Positions 49,870 through 60,153 of a stretch of 64,000 nt of DNA are shown in pieces; positions within the stretch are counted from its first letter, which is position 1, and each line of letters opens with the position of its first letter. The notes under the pieces were generated by a model. The model made no database searches, had not been told where the DNA came from, and saw nothing but the letters and a program-made list of their open reading frames with translations. The translations under genes were made by a program, and so were the position numbers. Origin of the DNA: a plasmid; sequence record NZ_LC532224.1. One strand, 5' to 3'.

Positions 49870-50704
49870 TCCCTTCTCTTTTAGTCTGTTTAAGTTGAGG
49901 CTTAGCCACAGTAGTTTTGTTTTTTGCTTTTTTCTTAGGTTTGGTATGGTGAAACAGAAAACAATCCACCATTACCCAACCATTTTTATATCGAGCCACC
50001 AGCATCTTCTGGCTGGGGTAATGAGCATGAAACAGCATTTTCACGTCCATGGTGCCCATCAACGACTGTTTGCGCTTTAGCTCATCCTCAGCCATCTGAA
50101 ATTCTTGTAAGAATTCTGAAGACAGACGCTGACGCAGAATTCTTATGGCACTGGAGTTTTCATCATTCTTTGCCAGGTGCCCGAAGCGTACAAGTGCCTT
50201 GTGGGTTATCTGGATGGGTCCCAGATGAGAGCTGAGCTGTTCGTACTGCCAGAAGTAGGTCAAATCCACCTTAACCCAGCTGATGCTGTCCAGCAGAGCC
50301 TCGTTCATGATGGTTCCGGACATAGGTACCATTGTCAGCCTGGCCAGACGCATATGTATGTAGTCCGTAAGCAACCTCAGCGACTCAGGAACGTTTTTAT
50401 TGAGTAGGAGATGCTGAAGCACCGGGGTTGCGGTCTGCCAACACAGATTGCGCCCGTCAGGCAGGAAAGCAAACTTTTGATCGTCAGGCGCAGAGTTCGA
50501 AGCGTTTTCCTTACGAAGCAAAAAATAATGGCCGCACAGCAGCTCTGCTCTTACCTGGTCCTCGTCAGGGTCATGTCGGGCTTTACTTAGATCAACGGTT
50601 AGCACAACGCGGTTAATCGCATCAGCGTGATATTTTTTTACCCAGACGCAGACACGATAGAGACGCTCATCGATTTTCTGGCTGGCTGTGGAAATCCATT
50701 GCAT
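49799..50704 (-). CDS. hypothetical protein with Lys-rich C-terminal tail (3' end overlaps next ORF; true stop uncertain)
   Basis: ORF only. Confidence 0.4.
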   Translation of the reverse strand: MQWISTASQKIDERLYRVCVWVKKYHADAINRVVLTVDLSKARHDPDEDQVRAELLCGHYFLLRKENASNSAPDDQKFAFLPDGRNLCWQTATPVLQHLLLNKNVPESLRLLTDYIHMRLARLTMVPMSGTIMNEALLDSISWVKVDLTYFWQYEQLSSHLGPIQITHKALVRFGHLAKNDENSSAIRILRQRLSSEFLQEFQMAEDELKRKQSLMGTMDVKMLFHAHYPSQKMLVARYKNGWVMVDCFLFHHTKPKKKAKNKTTVAKPQLKQTKREGSENGTGHYGVHRVVTLSGGGVDQ

Positions 50705-50713
50705 TGTTGTTCC

Positions 50714-51709
50714 TTAATTTTCGGGGCTGACAATGAAAATGCCCAGCTCAGCCCCCGGCACGAGTTCTGTATATTTCAGGCTCAGCTTCCGTTGGTTGGA
50801 CGGACCCTGGCTGTTTTCAGGAGCCCAGTCAGAGAGCGTTTTTAATTGAGGTATGTTGCCTGCTGCGAAAATGGGCAAGGATGCTTTTACTACTGAATAA
50901 TCAGTCTCAGCATATTTATTCCCGTTTCGTTCCTGCCCTTCAGGCCTAAATGCAAAAATGTGAGCAATCGGAACAGGGAAAGAGTTAGTTCGACAAAGGC
51001 GATAAGATTCGCCCTGCTTCAGTGGGTGAAATTCAAGACGGTGTAAAGCCTTATCGATATTAGACACGACATTCAAATTGGTAGTTGCTACATTTTTTAC
51101 TTCTGAGGCTCTCCTGCGCTCCAACAAACTCACAAGTTGCTCTGCTGTTTTAACTTCCTGGTTTCGGTTTAGCCGCCATGAAAAAGTAACTTTTTTAAGC
51201 TGGGACTTGATGAAAAGGATATTTCTTGTTGAGTGCATAGCGACAAGGCCCGGGAGCTTCTTGTGCACTTTATCAAAACGGACATTCTTTTTATTATCGA
51301 TACGCCTCATTGCCGCAGCAAAATCATTTTTTGCTTCGTTTATAGAAGTGATCAAGCTTTCGAGAAGATCTGCTCTTTCGGGGACAATGATTAGACCCGG
51401 GTATTTAGTGGTTACTTTGGTGGAATCATGACTTAATGACTCTATGTCATCCACACAGATGTCAGTAAGTGCCTGAATAATTTCCTCAACCGAAGCATCG
51501 TCTTTAATACTAACCCTGATGGGTTTAACCTGCTTCAAGCGCTCTTCTGTTCTAGATACGGTGGAGACAGTCATCAGGTTTGCCATCATCGGGGGGGTGT
51601 TCGAAAGAAAACACTTGAGCGAGTCGATGCGTTCCAGAATCTGGTCACGAAAATAGGGCAAATCGTCATAACTCATACGTTTCTCCAGGCTCATGTTATT
51701 TCCAATCAA
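50714..51709 (-). CDS. hypothetical protein (331 aa)
   Basis: ORF only. Confidence 0.45.
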   Translation of the reverse strand: MIGNNMSLEKRMSYDDLPYFRDQILERIDSLKCFLSNTPPMMANLMTVSTVSRTEERLKQVKPIRVSIKDDASVEEIIQALTDICVDDIESLSHDSTKVTTKYPGLIIVPERADLLESLITSINEAKNDFAAAMRRIDNKKNVRFDKVHKKLPGLVAMHSTRNILFIKSQLKKVTFSWRLNRNQEVKTAEQLVSLLERRRASEVKNVATTNLNVVSNIDKALHRLEFHPLKQGESYRLCRTNSFPVPIAHIFAFRPEGQERNGNKYAETDYSVVKASLPIFAAGNIPQLKTLSDWAPENSQGPSNQRKLSLKYTELVPGAELGIFIVSPEN

Positions 51710-51766
51710 TTTTGCTGCCCAGGCTGACCTTGCAGAACATAAATGTCATGTAAACCTCTAAAGAAG

Positions 51767-52213
51767 TCATTTTGAAACAGCTTTCACAGCATGCGATTTA
51801 TGTTCGATAGGGCTCATGAACAAAGGATGATAATGGAGACGCCATGGATAGTGGATAGTCTTACCCACCTGGGTGATCCGATTGAGGCGAAAACGACCAT
51901 TTATACAGTCAACTGACCAAAGCCCGGGAGAAACTAACCTCTTCCAGCGGTAAAAAGAGAAACCTGCAACACAGAGGTCATGCTCCAGGAAATGTTGAGT
52001 TTCGACGACGCGAACTTTTATCAAAAACCCCAGCATTGGCGAAAACCAGATCAACAACCATGTTGGCGGCAGGATGACTTTGTTCAGGAGATGATCTGTC
52101 ATAAGCAAGGCAGATAACATCAGAAAACTGATAGTCAACCACAGGGCCATCCAACCGGCCCATACGCGGCTCTGACAGGGTTTCCATTCGAGAAGAAAAA
52201 GTTTTTTATGCAT
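51767..52213 (-). CDS. membrane protein (148 aa)
   Basis: Hydrophobic N-terminal half. Confidence 0.4.
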   Translation of the reverse strand: MHKKLFLLEWKPCQSRVWAGWMALWLTISFLMLSALLMTDHLLNKVILPPTWLLIWFSPMLGFLIKVRVVETQHFLEHDLCVAGFSFYRWKRLVSPGLWSVDCINGRFRLNRITQVGKTIHYPWRLHYHPLFMSPIEHKSHAVKAVSK

Positions 52214-52229
52214 TCTGCCCCGCCTAATT

Positions 52230-52766
52230 TTAATGTATTGCCGAAGTATGCTGCATCATGATGGTGGTGCGGGGAAAGATTTCAAACTTCCACAATTCTG
52301 AAGCCGTGTTCCAACCATGAAAGATCCCGTCTCCACAGCGAGTGTTAAAAGCAAGAATTTCATCCCTGACCTGGTAAGCGAGCACTTCTGGCATATCAAT
52401 AAACTCAGGTAAGGAAAGAAGAATTCCATGGATAACTTCTCCGGTTAACTTACTCATAACCTCTTCCTCAGACAGGGCAGCGTCCGGGAACAAACACAAC
52501 GGAAGTGAAAAACAACATAGGTCAAGACCAATAGCAGCCCTTCCTGCGTCGTAGCCTTCTTCATTAACGACAAAACGAAAGAATTTTTCTGTCTCACCCC
52601 GTAATGATGACGGTCCTTCAGACGGAACTTCAATACCACTGAAGACTTTATCGGTCCAGTTGGTAAAAGGACTGGTGAAAACCCAACAAATTAAGGATAA
52701 CGCCAGCTCTTCCTTAAACATACGTTCAGTGCCGGTAGTTCTGGAAAGTTGCTTTTGAGTACTCAT
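52230..52766 (-). CDS. hypothetical protein (178 aa)
   Basis: ORF only. Confidence 0.4.
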   Translation of the reverse strand: MSTQKQLSRTTGTERMFKEELALSLICWVFTSPFTNWTDKVFSGIEVPSEGPSSLRGETEKFFRFVVNEEGYDAGRAAIGLDLCCFSLPLCLFPDAALSEEEVMSKLTGEVIHGILLSLPEFIDMPEVLAYQVRDEILAFNTRCGDGIFHGWNTASELWKFEIFPRTTIMMQHTSAIH

Positions 52767-52839
52767 GTTTTACCTGTTGCATGAAATTATTGATGTTATA
52801 TAAACACAACCGGCATTTTATCTAATAGGTTTGAAAACA

Positions 52840-53097
52840 CTAAAAATCGCAAATGCTGGTACCTTTCTGTTTTAAGAGATTTTCAAGGTAAAGTGAGGCT
52901 AGATCAATTGGCTGGTTCTCTTCAAGACAGGCTCGCACAAGATCTTCAATAGAGACCGAATCAACCCCCCTTCCCTGTAAAATTTCTTTAGCAGATGCCA
53001 GCGTTTTATGAACGCTTCGACTTAGTTGTAATCTGACTTGTGTGCGGGTATCAAAAAGACAATCTTCTGTGACACTTTGTGAAACGGTTCTACTCAT
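52840..53097 (-). CDS. small hypothetical protein (85 aa)
   Basis: ORF only. Confidence 0.35.
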   Translation of the reverse strand: MSRTVSQSVTEDCLFDTRTQVRLQLSRSVHKTLASAKEILQGRGVDSVSIEDLVRACLEENQPIDLASLYLENLLKQKGTSICDF

Positions 53098-53104
53098 TGA
53101 AAAA

Positions 53105-53695
53105 TCACTCCATTTCTGGGATCGAATGAAAATTAACAGCTATAGATGTATCAGGTTTCCCATTTTCTACGATACTCAACCACGTACGCGCTGAGATTTG
53201 TTGTTCACAGACGAGTATGTAACCTGTTCCCTGTTGATGATGTAGCTCAAGAGCTTTTAGGATAGGCTCTGAATGAGGTCCGAGAGCATCACGCGTGTGA
53301 ATAAGCGTTTGCTCTGGCAATACGTTGCTAAGCATAGACAGCAGAACATTACGCTCATCCTCATTATCCGACAAAACAAGAATTATACGAAAACCCGTTT
53401 TTATACGAAATCTGATTTCTGAAACTAACTTTCTTAATCTTAATTTATATATGACCAGGCGGAATCGAGTCATCAGTAAAGAGACCACTGTGAAGATAAC
53501 GATTACTGCGCCATATTTTGACCTGTAGAACCACCAGTTAAGGCCTCCAGCAACTATCAGGATTAACATTAAAATTAAACTCCCATAGAAAAAAAGTGCT
53601 GGGTAGCGAGTTGTCTTTCCTTCAATTAGTGCTGAGGCAAATATCAAAATGGATATTCCGTAAATTACCCAGTCAAAAATACTTTCTCCAATCAT
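53105..53695 (-). CDS. membrane-anchored protein with ~110-aa cytoplasmic α/β domain
   Basis: Three transmembrane helices are followed by RIILVLSDNEDE...GYILVCEQ, a Rossmann-like strand pattern. Confidence 0.45.
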   Translation of the reverse strand: MIGESIFDWVIYGISILIFASALIEGKTTRYPALFFYGSLILMLILIVAGGLNWWFYRSKYGAVIVIFTVVSLLMTRFRLVIYKLRLRKLVSEIRFRIKTGFRIILVLSDNEDERNVLLSMLSNVLPEQTLIHTRDALGPHSEPILKALELHHQQGTGYILVCEQQISARTWLSIVENGKPDTSIAVNFHSIPEME

Positions 53696-53739
53696 TCTTT
53701 AGTGAACATCCTTAAAAGTGGAAATGTAGGTTTATGGGT

Positions 53740-54045
53740 TTATGCATTTTCCTGATGGCCTTGACAACCAAGGATTTCACAGAAATTGTCACAGTGTGAA
53801 GCTGTAACAAAGCGCTCTCCACGTTCGAATCGCTCAACCAAATCCTTTCTTACTTCACTTCCAGGTTTCTGGAAGATGTACTCAAGCTGGAGATCCTCGG
53901 CCGTTGAAAGTAGTCGTTCTATGCTGAAATCAACATGGTAAAAGCAAAACTGATTATCAACCGGGGGAAAGTTGCTTTTGGTACTGTTCTCGTTTTTGGA
54001 TTTTAGTTCATTCATGAGCTCTCCTTGGTTGAGAACAGTATACAA
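53740..54045 (-). CDS. small hypothetical protein with C-terminal Cys/His cluster
   Basis: ORF only; ASHCDNFCEILGCQGH lies at the C-terminus. Confidence 0.35.
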   Translation of the reverse strand: MYTVLNQGELMNELKSKNENSTKSNFPPVDNQFCFYHVDFSIERLLSTAEDLQLEYIFQKPGSEVRKDLVERFERGERFVTASHCDNFCEILGCQGHQENA

Positions 54046-54278
54046 ATCTCTTTAGGGATTTTTTTTCGTTAATAGCACTTTTTTGAGTTTAAAGAGTATG
54101 TTCATACCAGAGCATTAGAGGCTACGAAAAGGATAATGGAATTAGAAAGATAGATTTTAAGTGGTGATGTAAGGTGGGATAGGTAGAAGAGGAGTAGACG
54201 CTTGTAAGCGAGGCAAAAAAAAGGCACGGAAACCGTGCCATAAGAGTATGTGAGAAAAAATCAAAATCAGGGAAAGAA

Positions 54279-55241
54279 TCAAGCAGCTTGTGAAACTGAA
54301 TCTCCAACTGCAAGATTTAAATTTCTTAGGTTATCGAAAACTTCAGATACTAAGTCATTACGGTCGTGGATTTTAATCCGCCCACCGGTTAACTCTGAAA
54401 CATAAACGGTATGGCAGAGGTCAGTAACCACTTCGCCGTATTCATCAACGACTTCCAAAGATGCAATCATCGGAATATAAGAAGCCGCAGCATAGCTCTC
54501 ATAAATACTTATTATGGAGTCATTGTTGCGTCGAGAAATTACCCTACCAGAAGGTAAAGCCTCATCTTCCATATAGCAATCAGATAGGTCCTCACAGAAG
54601 TCATTTTCTTTAAGTGAAATATTAAGGGTCAATTCACTGTTGATAGAGCGTGAATAAGAATATTCACTCAGTTTATAGCAAGCCAAACTTATATCACTAA
54701 AAGTTTCATAAGCTTTATAGAGGCTCGATGTTATAGACTCAGATACAAATGTTATTAGTCCAATAAAATGAGTATCCCAGAACTGTTGCAAAGCAAAACG
54801 GGCAATCATAACCTGACCATCAACCTGCATCAGTCTGTTATATTCATCCCGGTCATAACCTTTCGACTGAGAAACATCATTAGACATGCTAAGAACTTCA
54901 CTACAAACATCATCATATTCAAAACGGCTAGTTGCAAAGTGTTTTCCTGAAATCTCAAGGTACTGACCAGAGACTGCGTCAAACACCTCAAGAAAGTAAC
55001 AGAGTCGAGATTTTAAAGATTCTCTGTTTAAAGCTTCTATTTCATTCTCAGAGATACTATCGACATATAAATCAACAGCATTCTTGAGTTCAATAGCTTT
55101 GATATTACAGGTAAAAGAAAGCTCGTCACTTTGACAATGGCAAACACTTAATACTATATCCGCCTCATCAAAATCTATGCCAAGATAGCTCAGAACTGCT
55201 CGGACATAGTTTTTATCATCAGATGAATGTGTCATATACAC
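54279..55241 (-). CDS. paralog family member A (320 aa), unknown function
   Basis: It aligns with the next gene, e.g. LMQVDGQVMIARFALQQFWDTHF against YLDKMKVDGKVLVAKFALKQFFHSDF. A Shine-Dalgarno gaggtagtgtatATG lies upstream. Confidence 0.6.
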   Translation of the reverse strand: MYMTHSSDDKNYVRAVLSYLGIDFDEADIVLSVCHCQSDELSFTCNIKAIELKNAVDLYVDSISENEIEALNRESLKSRLCYFLEVFDAVSGQYLEISGKHFATSRFEYDDVCSEVLSMSNDVSQSKGYDRDEYNRLMQVDGQVMIARFALQQFWDTHFIGLITFVSESITSSLYKAYETFSDISLACYKLSEYSYSRSINSELTLNISLKENDFCEDLSDCYMEDEALPSGRVISRRNNDSIISIYESYAAASYIPMIASLEVVDEYGEVVTDLCHTVYVSELTGGRIKIHDRNDLVSEVFDNLRNLNLAVGDSVSQAA

Positions 55242-55406
55242 TACCTCAAATTTGAGAGGAAGTGCCCCAGAAGGGAAGCGACTTCCCCACTGGGTTAGAT
55301 AAAAGTTTGGTTAAGCTAAAAGAAGATGCCAGCGACAGATTTTACATTGTCATAGACAAGTGTCTTCAGCCAACCAAAGTTACTTTTTTGGACTGAAGCA
55401 AAAGGA

Positions 55407-56345
55407 TCATTGAGACGCGTTACGAAAATCGTCAAAAGCTTCAGTTATTAGTAATGTGCGATCAGTTACTCTGTATCGGTCATTACTTTCGAGAGATACG
55501 TAAGTTGAATGCGAAGAATCACAGACAACACGCCCTCTTTTATTGATCAATCTTACTTCCATCATCACCGGCACATTGATAATTGAAGCAACATCGGTAT
55601 AGAGGGATATGAGGGCATCATTGTCACAATATAACGCCCCGTTCCCATCAAATGTATCGTTAAACTTAATATATATATCTGGCATATTTGCCGGATAATC
55701 ATCAGTATTGAAATCAATGCATAACTTTAAGTCATCATTAATACGGCGATTAATCTTATGCTGCCCAACACGTACAAAGCCATGTTCAACAGCTTTGATA
55801 ATCCTTAAAGTTTCATTAAGACAATCTGTAATTCTTTTCTCGACAAATGAGATAAAGTCACCAAAGTCGGAATGAAAAAACTGTTTAAGTGCAAATTTCG
55901 CAACTAACACTTTCCCATCCACCTTCATTTTATCGAGATAAAGATTTCTTATAGCATCAGTAGAAGAATTAGCTTTAGATAACTCTTCACAGTCATTAAT
56001 AATCATTGAAACAATATCAATAACTTTAACTGGGCTTAAAGTATTACTATATCCGCGAATATCAAACGTAAAAAATCCGAAATTCTTAAATACTCCAAGA
56101 AAATAAATTATTTTTTGTTTCAAAAGAATAGAATCGGAGTAAGATGCGTTGTGCTTTATTAGTTCAGATATGTAGAGATCCAACATACAATTTAAATTAT
56201 CGATATCTACATCGTAATCAAAGGTTACTTTGTCGAACGAAGTATCAGATAATTGAACGGTTATATCGTCAGCGGGAACATTAAGGCCTAAATTTTGATA
56301 AAGAAAGGCACTAACAAATTCCACGTGGTCAGATTCTTTAAACAT
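55407..56345 (-). CDS. paralog family member B (312 aa)
   Basis: A clear paralog of A, also with matching C-terminal motif HS/TxYVS...FD(D/N)(F/L)RN. Confidence 0.6.
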   Translation of the reverse strand: MFKESDHVEFVSAFLYQNLGLNVPADDITVQLSDTSFDKVTFDYDVDIDNLNCMLDLYISELIKHNASYSDSILLKQKIIYFLGVFKNFGFFTFDIRGYSNTLSPVKVIDIVSMIINDCEELSKANSSTDAIRNLYLDKMKVDGKVLVAKFALKQFFHSDFGDFISFVEKRITDCLNETLRIIKAVEHGFVRVGQHKINRRINDDLKLCIDFNTDDYPANMPDIYIKFNDTFDGNGALYCDNDALISLYTDVASIINVPVMMEVRLINKRGRVVCDSSHSTYVSLESNDRYRVTDRTLLITEAFDDFRNASQ

Positions 56346-56411
56346 TTACACTACCTCATGACTAAAAAGGAAGTGCTTCCCACCGGGAAGCAAGTTCCCG
56401 GATGGGTTAGA

Positions 56412-57332
56412 TTAATTATAAAAGAGTTCTTCAGAAGGTACATGCATTTCTGGTTTGAACTGTTTTAAGGAGTTGTTTATAGCTTTTCGATATAACCCTG
56501 AAGAGTGTGGCTTAAACATTTGATATTCCGTAACGAGCAGAGGAGACGTAAAGCATCCTAAGTTCACTAGTGAAATATTTGATGTTTCTTCACAAACATC
56601 TAATTCAGCGTATATCCGCCTCTTCATTACCCTGCCTGCTAAATAGCGACGAACATGATTTATAAACTTGTCCGCATCTGATATAGAATTAACTATATAA
56701 TCAGATGTGACTATCTGATTAGATACAGTTTCAGGTATAGCTTCGGCTATTATTTTTACGTTCATTTCATAATCAACACTATGGAAGCAAGCAAGAATTT
56801 GTGGCTTCGCGCTTTCTAAAATCTTTTCAAGAACAGAAAAAATCAGAGAGAACTCGTTTAAAATTCGCTTTTGTATAAGTCCATGTAGATGTTTTATGAA
56901 AGGAGAACCGTGTTCAACAAGGCCTAGTATAAGATCCTTAGAGGCCAAATCTGAGCGGTAATAAACGTATTCTAGATTATCCCGGTTAAATCCTTTGATA
57001 AGCAAATCAGGCTGCTCTGAGACCAGTCGTAAATGAGTTGAAGCTATAGAAACTTCAAAACGAAAGTTCGCGAGATTTACAGGGCCTGCTTTTAATGTAG
57101 CCGCTTCGGAAAAATAAATGAAAAGAGGATGCAAATCATCGTTACCACAGTAAAGATGGTCTGCGCCCTTAAGATATTTCACCAAATGAGGTAGAAAAGA
57201 TATTACTGGAATATCAGCCACAAATCGAATATGCCGAAATGGTTTTGAATCCAAATATATATTTTCCACTACAGCGCCAACAAAACCCATTTTAACAAGA
57301 ATAGATTCAACTAACTTTTGTATCGCATTCAT
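56412..57332 (-). CDS. tandem ~300-aa gene C (possible distant paralog)
   Basis: Same size, strand and AT-rich codon usage as A and B, with an identical upstream hairpin+Shine-Dalgarno cassette. Confidence 0.5.
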   Translation of the reverse strand: MNAIQKLVESILVKMGFVGAVVENIYLDSKPFRHIRFVADIPVISFLPHLVKYLKGADHLYCGNDDLHPLFIYFSEAATLKAGPVNLANFRFEVSIASTHLRLVSEQPDLLIKGFNRDNLEYVYYRSDLASKDLILGLVEHGSPFIKHLHGLIQKRILNEFSLIFSVLEKILESAKPQILACFHSVDYEMNVKIIAEAIPETVSNQIVTSDYIVNSISDADKFINHVRRYLAGRVMKRRIYAELDVCEETSNISLVNLGCFTSPLLVTEYQMFKPHSSGLYRKAINNSLKQFKPEMHVPSEELFYN

Positions 57333-57400
57333 TTAAATACCCTCTTAATAGAGGGATTTCTCCCAAAGGGAGAAATCCCTATGGGAGAAAATAATTTTAA

Positions 57401-58390
57401 TTAATAATTGTAGCGAAGCGCATGTTCTTTTTCACTAAGATGGTTTTCATATTCCGACTTACCAGAACTTAAACACTCTTTGAAAAAGACCTTTGAAAAA
57501 TTCTTCAAGTCACTTCGGTTGTTAATTTCTTTGTCAGACATCAACTTAGCTGAGTGTGAGGTATCCACAGGCCCCAACCACCATTCATATTTAATATAAA
57601 CACAATTGGTTTTTGTATGTCCATTTAGAAATCGTTTTGCATTTCTAAGTATTTTTCTACAACCGTTAAGGTCTGAAAGTAAGATATCTGGAGCAATGAG
57701 CTCTTCCAGAATATGACCAGGTAAGCCTTTCCTAAAAAGCTCAACATCGTAACTACAATACCAGTCACGATAATTAAAAGCTTTAATAAGTCTTTCAGGT
57801 GTATCCAAAGATATCTTATTCAGGATTTTTAATGCAAAGCATACAGCATCTTTTAACAACTCGTGCACCTCAACATTGATAAATGAGAAAAACGAGCTTA
57901 ATTCTTTCTCTAAGGAATTATACAACTTACCGTAAATATCCTGAGAAAAAAGATACTGCAATCTTTCTTTATTATAAGTGCAATTCGAAATTGAATAGAC
58001 TTCTCCTCTTTCGATTTTGCACCCTTCCCTTAAAACTATAGGAAACCTCAAATGGTTAACAATGAAAGAATGATTCTTTCTTTGCTTCAAAGCATCTAAT
58101 TGAAATTTCGTAATTTCCTCCAGATTTGCATCTTCAAAACCTGGAAAGGGAATATCACAGAAACAAGAACTATATGCTTTTGCTGATTCATACATAAACT
58201 CCAGTGAAACATCAGCATCAAAAGACATACCAGAGAACATGCCCTGCCCATTGTCTAAAAATGTAATGTTTTTAACCTGTATTTTTTTATGTTGAACAAC
58301 CAAAAAGGCATTAATGATTTTTTCGATAATTTTCATGTGATCCTCTCTCAATAAAAAAGGGATCACTCCCATATGGGGTGTGATCCCCAC
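57401..58390 (-). CDS. tandem ~330-aa gene D (possible distant paralog)
   Basis: Same array position and cassette structure as C. Confidence 0.5.
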   Translation of the reverse strand: MGITPHMGVIPFLLREDHMKIIEKIINAFLVVQHKKIQVKNITFLDNGQGMFSGMSFDADVSLEFMYESAKAYSSCFCDIPFPGFEDANLEEITKFQLDALKQRKNHSFIVNHLRFPIVLREGCKIERGEVYSISNCTYNKERLQYLFSQDIYGKLYNSLEKELSSFFSFINVEVHELLKDAVCFALKILNKISLDTPERLIKAFNYRDWYCSYDVELFRKGLPGHILEELIAPDILLSDLNGCRKILRNAKRFLNGHTKTNCVYIKYEWWLGPVDTSHSAKLMSDKEINNRSDLKNFSKVFFKECLSSGKSEYENHLSEKEHALRYNY

Positions 58391-58405
58391 ATGGGTATAA
58401 TTTAA

Positions 58406-59284
58406 TTAAAAATCTGTAAGACCTAAATCTTTATTTCTACCACAAACTGTAGAAGATATAAGACGTTTTACTCGCTTTCGAGCACTTCGGCCTGACGTAT
58501 CTTTCAAGTACATCGGTAATGACAATGATGAGATTTGATTACTTCGCTTATGATGGCAGACTATATAGCCCTGCCTCCACCCCGAACGCACAAACTCACG
58601 GATGCGGTTAATATATGCCGAAGCTTGAGATTTTGTACTTATCGATTCAGAACACTTTAAGTTCTGTTCGATAGAGTAAAGCTCAGCCGCCATTAATTTC
58701 ACCTCATACAGGTCATCCCCATAACTTATAGTTTTCAACAGCTCTTCCTTTTCCCGAATGAAAAATACTTGCTGCATTCCAAGGATCAGGTCATAGGCCT
58801 CTCGAAAGAGGTCGATAAGCTTATTACGAACATAAATCATAAACTCCTCAAAGTGCTGAAGCCAGAAATAAGCCGCATTACTTATTTGTGAATTGTGAGA
58901 ACAAACAAGCCCTTTAGCAAGCTCGACCTCTTCCTCCCGAAAAGTAAAGTTACTTTTCTTAAACCGACTTTGTTCAAAAATGCTTTGATGCATTTCTATC
59001 CATACAGAAACAAAACCGAGGGATTCAAATTCTTCGTTTAACAAATGTAAACTTTCGAAGATTTTCTGAATTTCGATCCCGATGTCATATGACAGTGGAC
59101 ATTCTTTTATAGAATAAACATAACCGGGTAGGAAGTGAGATAAATGCTCAGTTCGCAAATATAAACTGAATTTAAGTTCTGTCAGTGGTTGTTTCAAAGA
59201 TAATTTAGATGATTCGCTTATATTTACTGGTTCAACACCATTTCTAATCAAAATAGCTTTTACCAGGTCCGTAGCTAACTTCAT
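58406..59284 (-). CDS. tandem ~290-aa gene E (possible distant paralog)
   Basis: Same array position and cassette structure as C. Confidence 0.5.
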   Translation of the reverse strand: MKLATDLVKAILIRNGVEPVNISESSKLSLKQPLTELKFSLYLRTEHLSHFLPGYVYSIKECPLSYDIGIEIQKIFESLHLLNEEFESLGFVSVWIEMHQSIFEQSRFKKSNFTFREEEVELAKGLVCSHNSQISNAAYFWLQHFEEFMIYVRNKLIDLFREAYDLILGMQQVFFIREKEELLKTISYGDDLYEVKLMAAELYSIEQNLKCSESISTKSQASAYINRIREFVRSGWRQGYIVCHHKRSNQISSLSLPMYLKDTSGRSARKRVKRLISSTVCGRNKDLGLTDF

Positions 59285-59362
59285 ACAGCCTCCAGTCGTT
59301 ATTGAGGCCTCCCTGATGCAGGTTGGCCATCAGGGAAAATATGTAAATCAATTAGCAACCAA

Positions 59363-59884
59363 TCAGACCGTTGCCATTACATTGTCAATGTATCTGACAA
59401 GGGATGGGCGGTCGTCCTGTAAGGCAAAACGGCGAAGGTCATCAAGATTATACGCAGGAAGATAATCAGCGTAACCTCGAATACGAAGGTCCTCAACCAC
59501 AACTTTTATATACTCAAATCGTCCAAGATTTCCTTTTAATGGGGGTTTTCCTGGACTAGACAGCATATCGTCTGCTTGCTCCCATGTGATTTCTTTAGCT
59601 TCACCACTATGTAGATCAAGATGGACATATATGAATGACTTATAATCTCCACGGCAACGAAGATAATATTTCGGATAGAAATATTTGTCACAACGCAACA
59701 AACACGTTCCTGAAGGACGAACTACGTACAACAGGTTTCTGTCATTTTCTAATATGCCATGTTTCAAAATCGTTATATCTATCTCATTATCATGCAGCAA
59801 ATAGCATGACGATGGTTCATTGACGATGCGCGATTTTATAACAGCAGCAAATTTATTAAAAACTTCGTTAGTTTGAAAATTCAT
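59363..59884 (-). CDS. hypothetical protein (173 aa), first gene of the tandem array operon
   Basis: ORF only. Confidence 0.45.
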   Translation of the reverse strand: MNFQTNEVFNKFAAVIKSRIVNEPSSCYLLHDNEIDITILKHGILENDRNLLYVVRPSGTCLLRCDKYFYPKYYLRCRGDYKSFIYVHLDLHSGEAKEITWEQADDMLSSPGKPPLKGNLGRFEYIKVVVEDLRIRGYADYLPAYNLDDLRRFALQDDRPSLVRYIDNVMATV

Positions 59885-60123
59885 TAAAATGCTCTCCGAT
59901 GTAAAACGACGAGCATCACCATAACGGTAATACTCCCGTTATGGGTTTTAATAGTTTATGGAATAACCATGTCATACAACCGACCATAGCCAGTAGTACC
60001 GCACATTTATTTAACTGAGCAAGCATCTCAGCCGTGAAAAGACCTTAAAGGCAGGTAATTATCACGAAGGAAAGCGGTTATCTTATCAATACAATTTAAA
60101 AAATAATATTGATAAGATAACCC

Positions 60124-60141
60124 CCCCCGCAAAATGCGGGG
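60124..60141 (-). terminator. GC hairpin terminator after primase-like gene, adjacent to a 16-bp AT-rich perfect inverted repeat (60076-60122)
   Basis: The hairpin cccccgcaaaatgcggggg is followed on the minus strand by T-rich sequence. Confidence 0.5.
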
Positions 60142-60153
60142 GAGTTATCGTTG

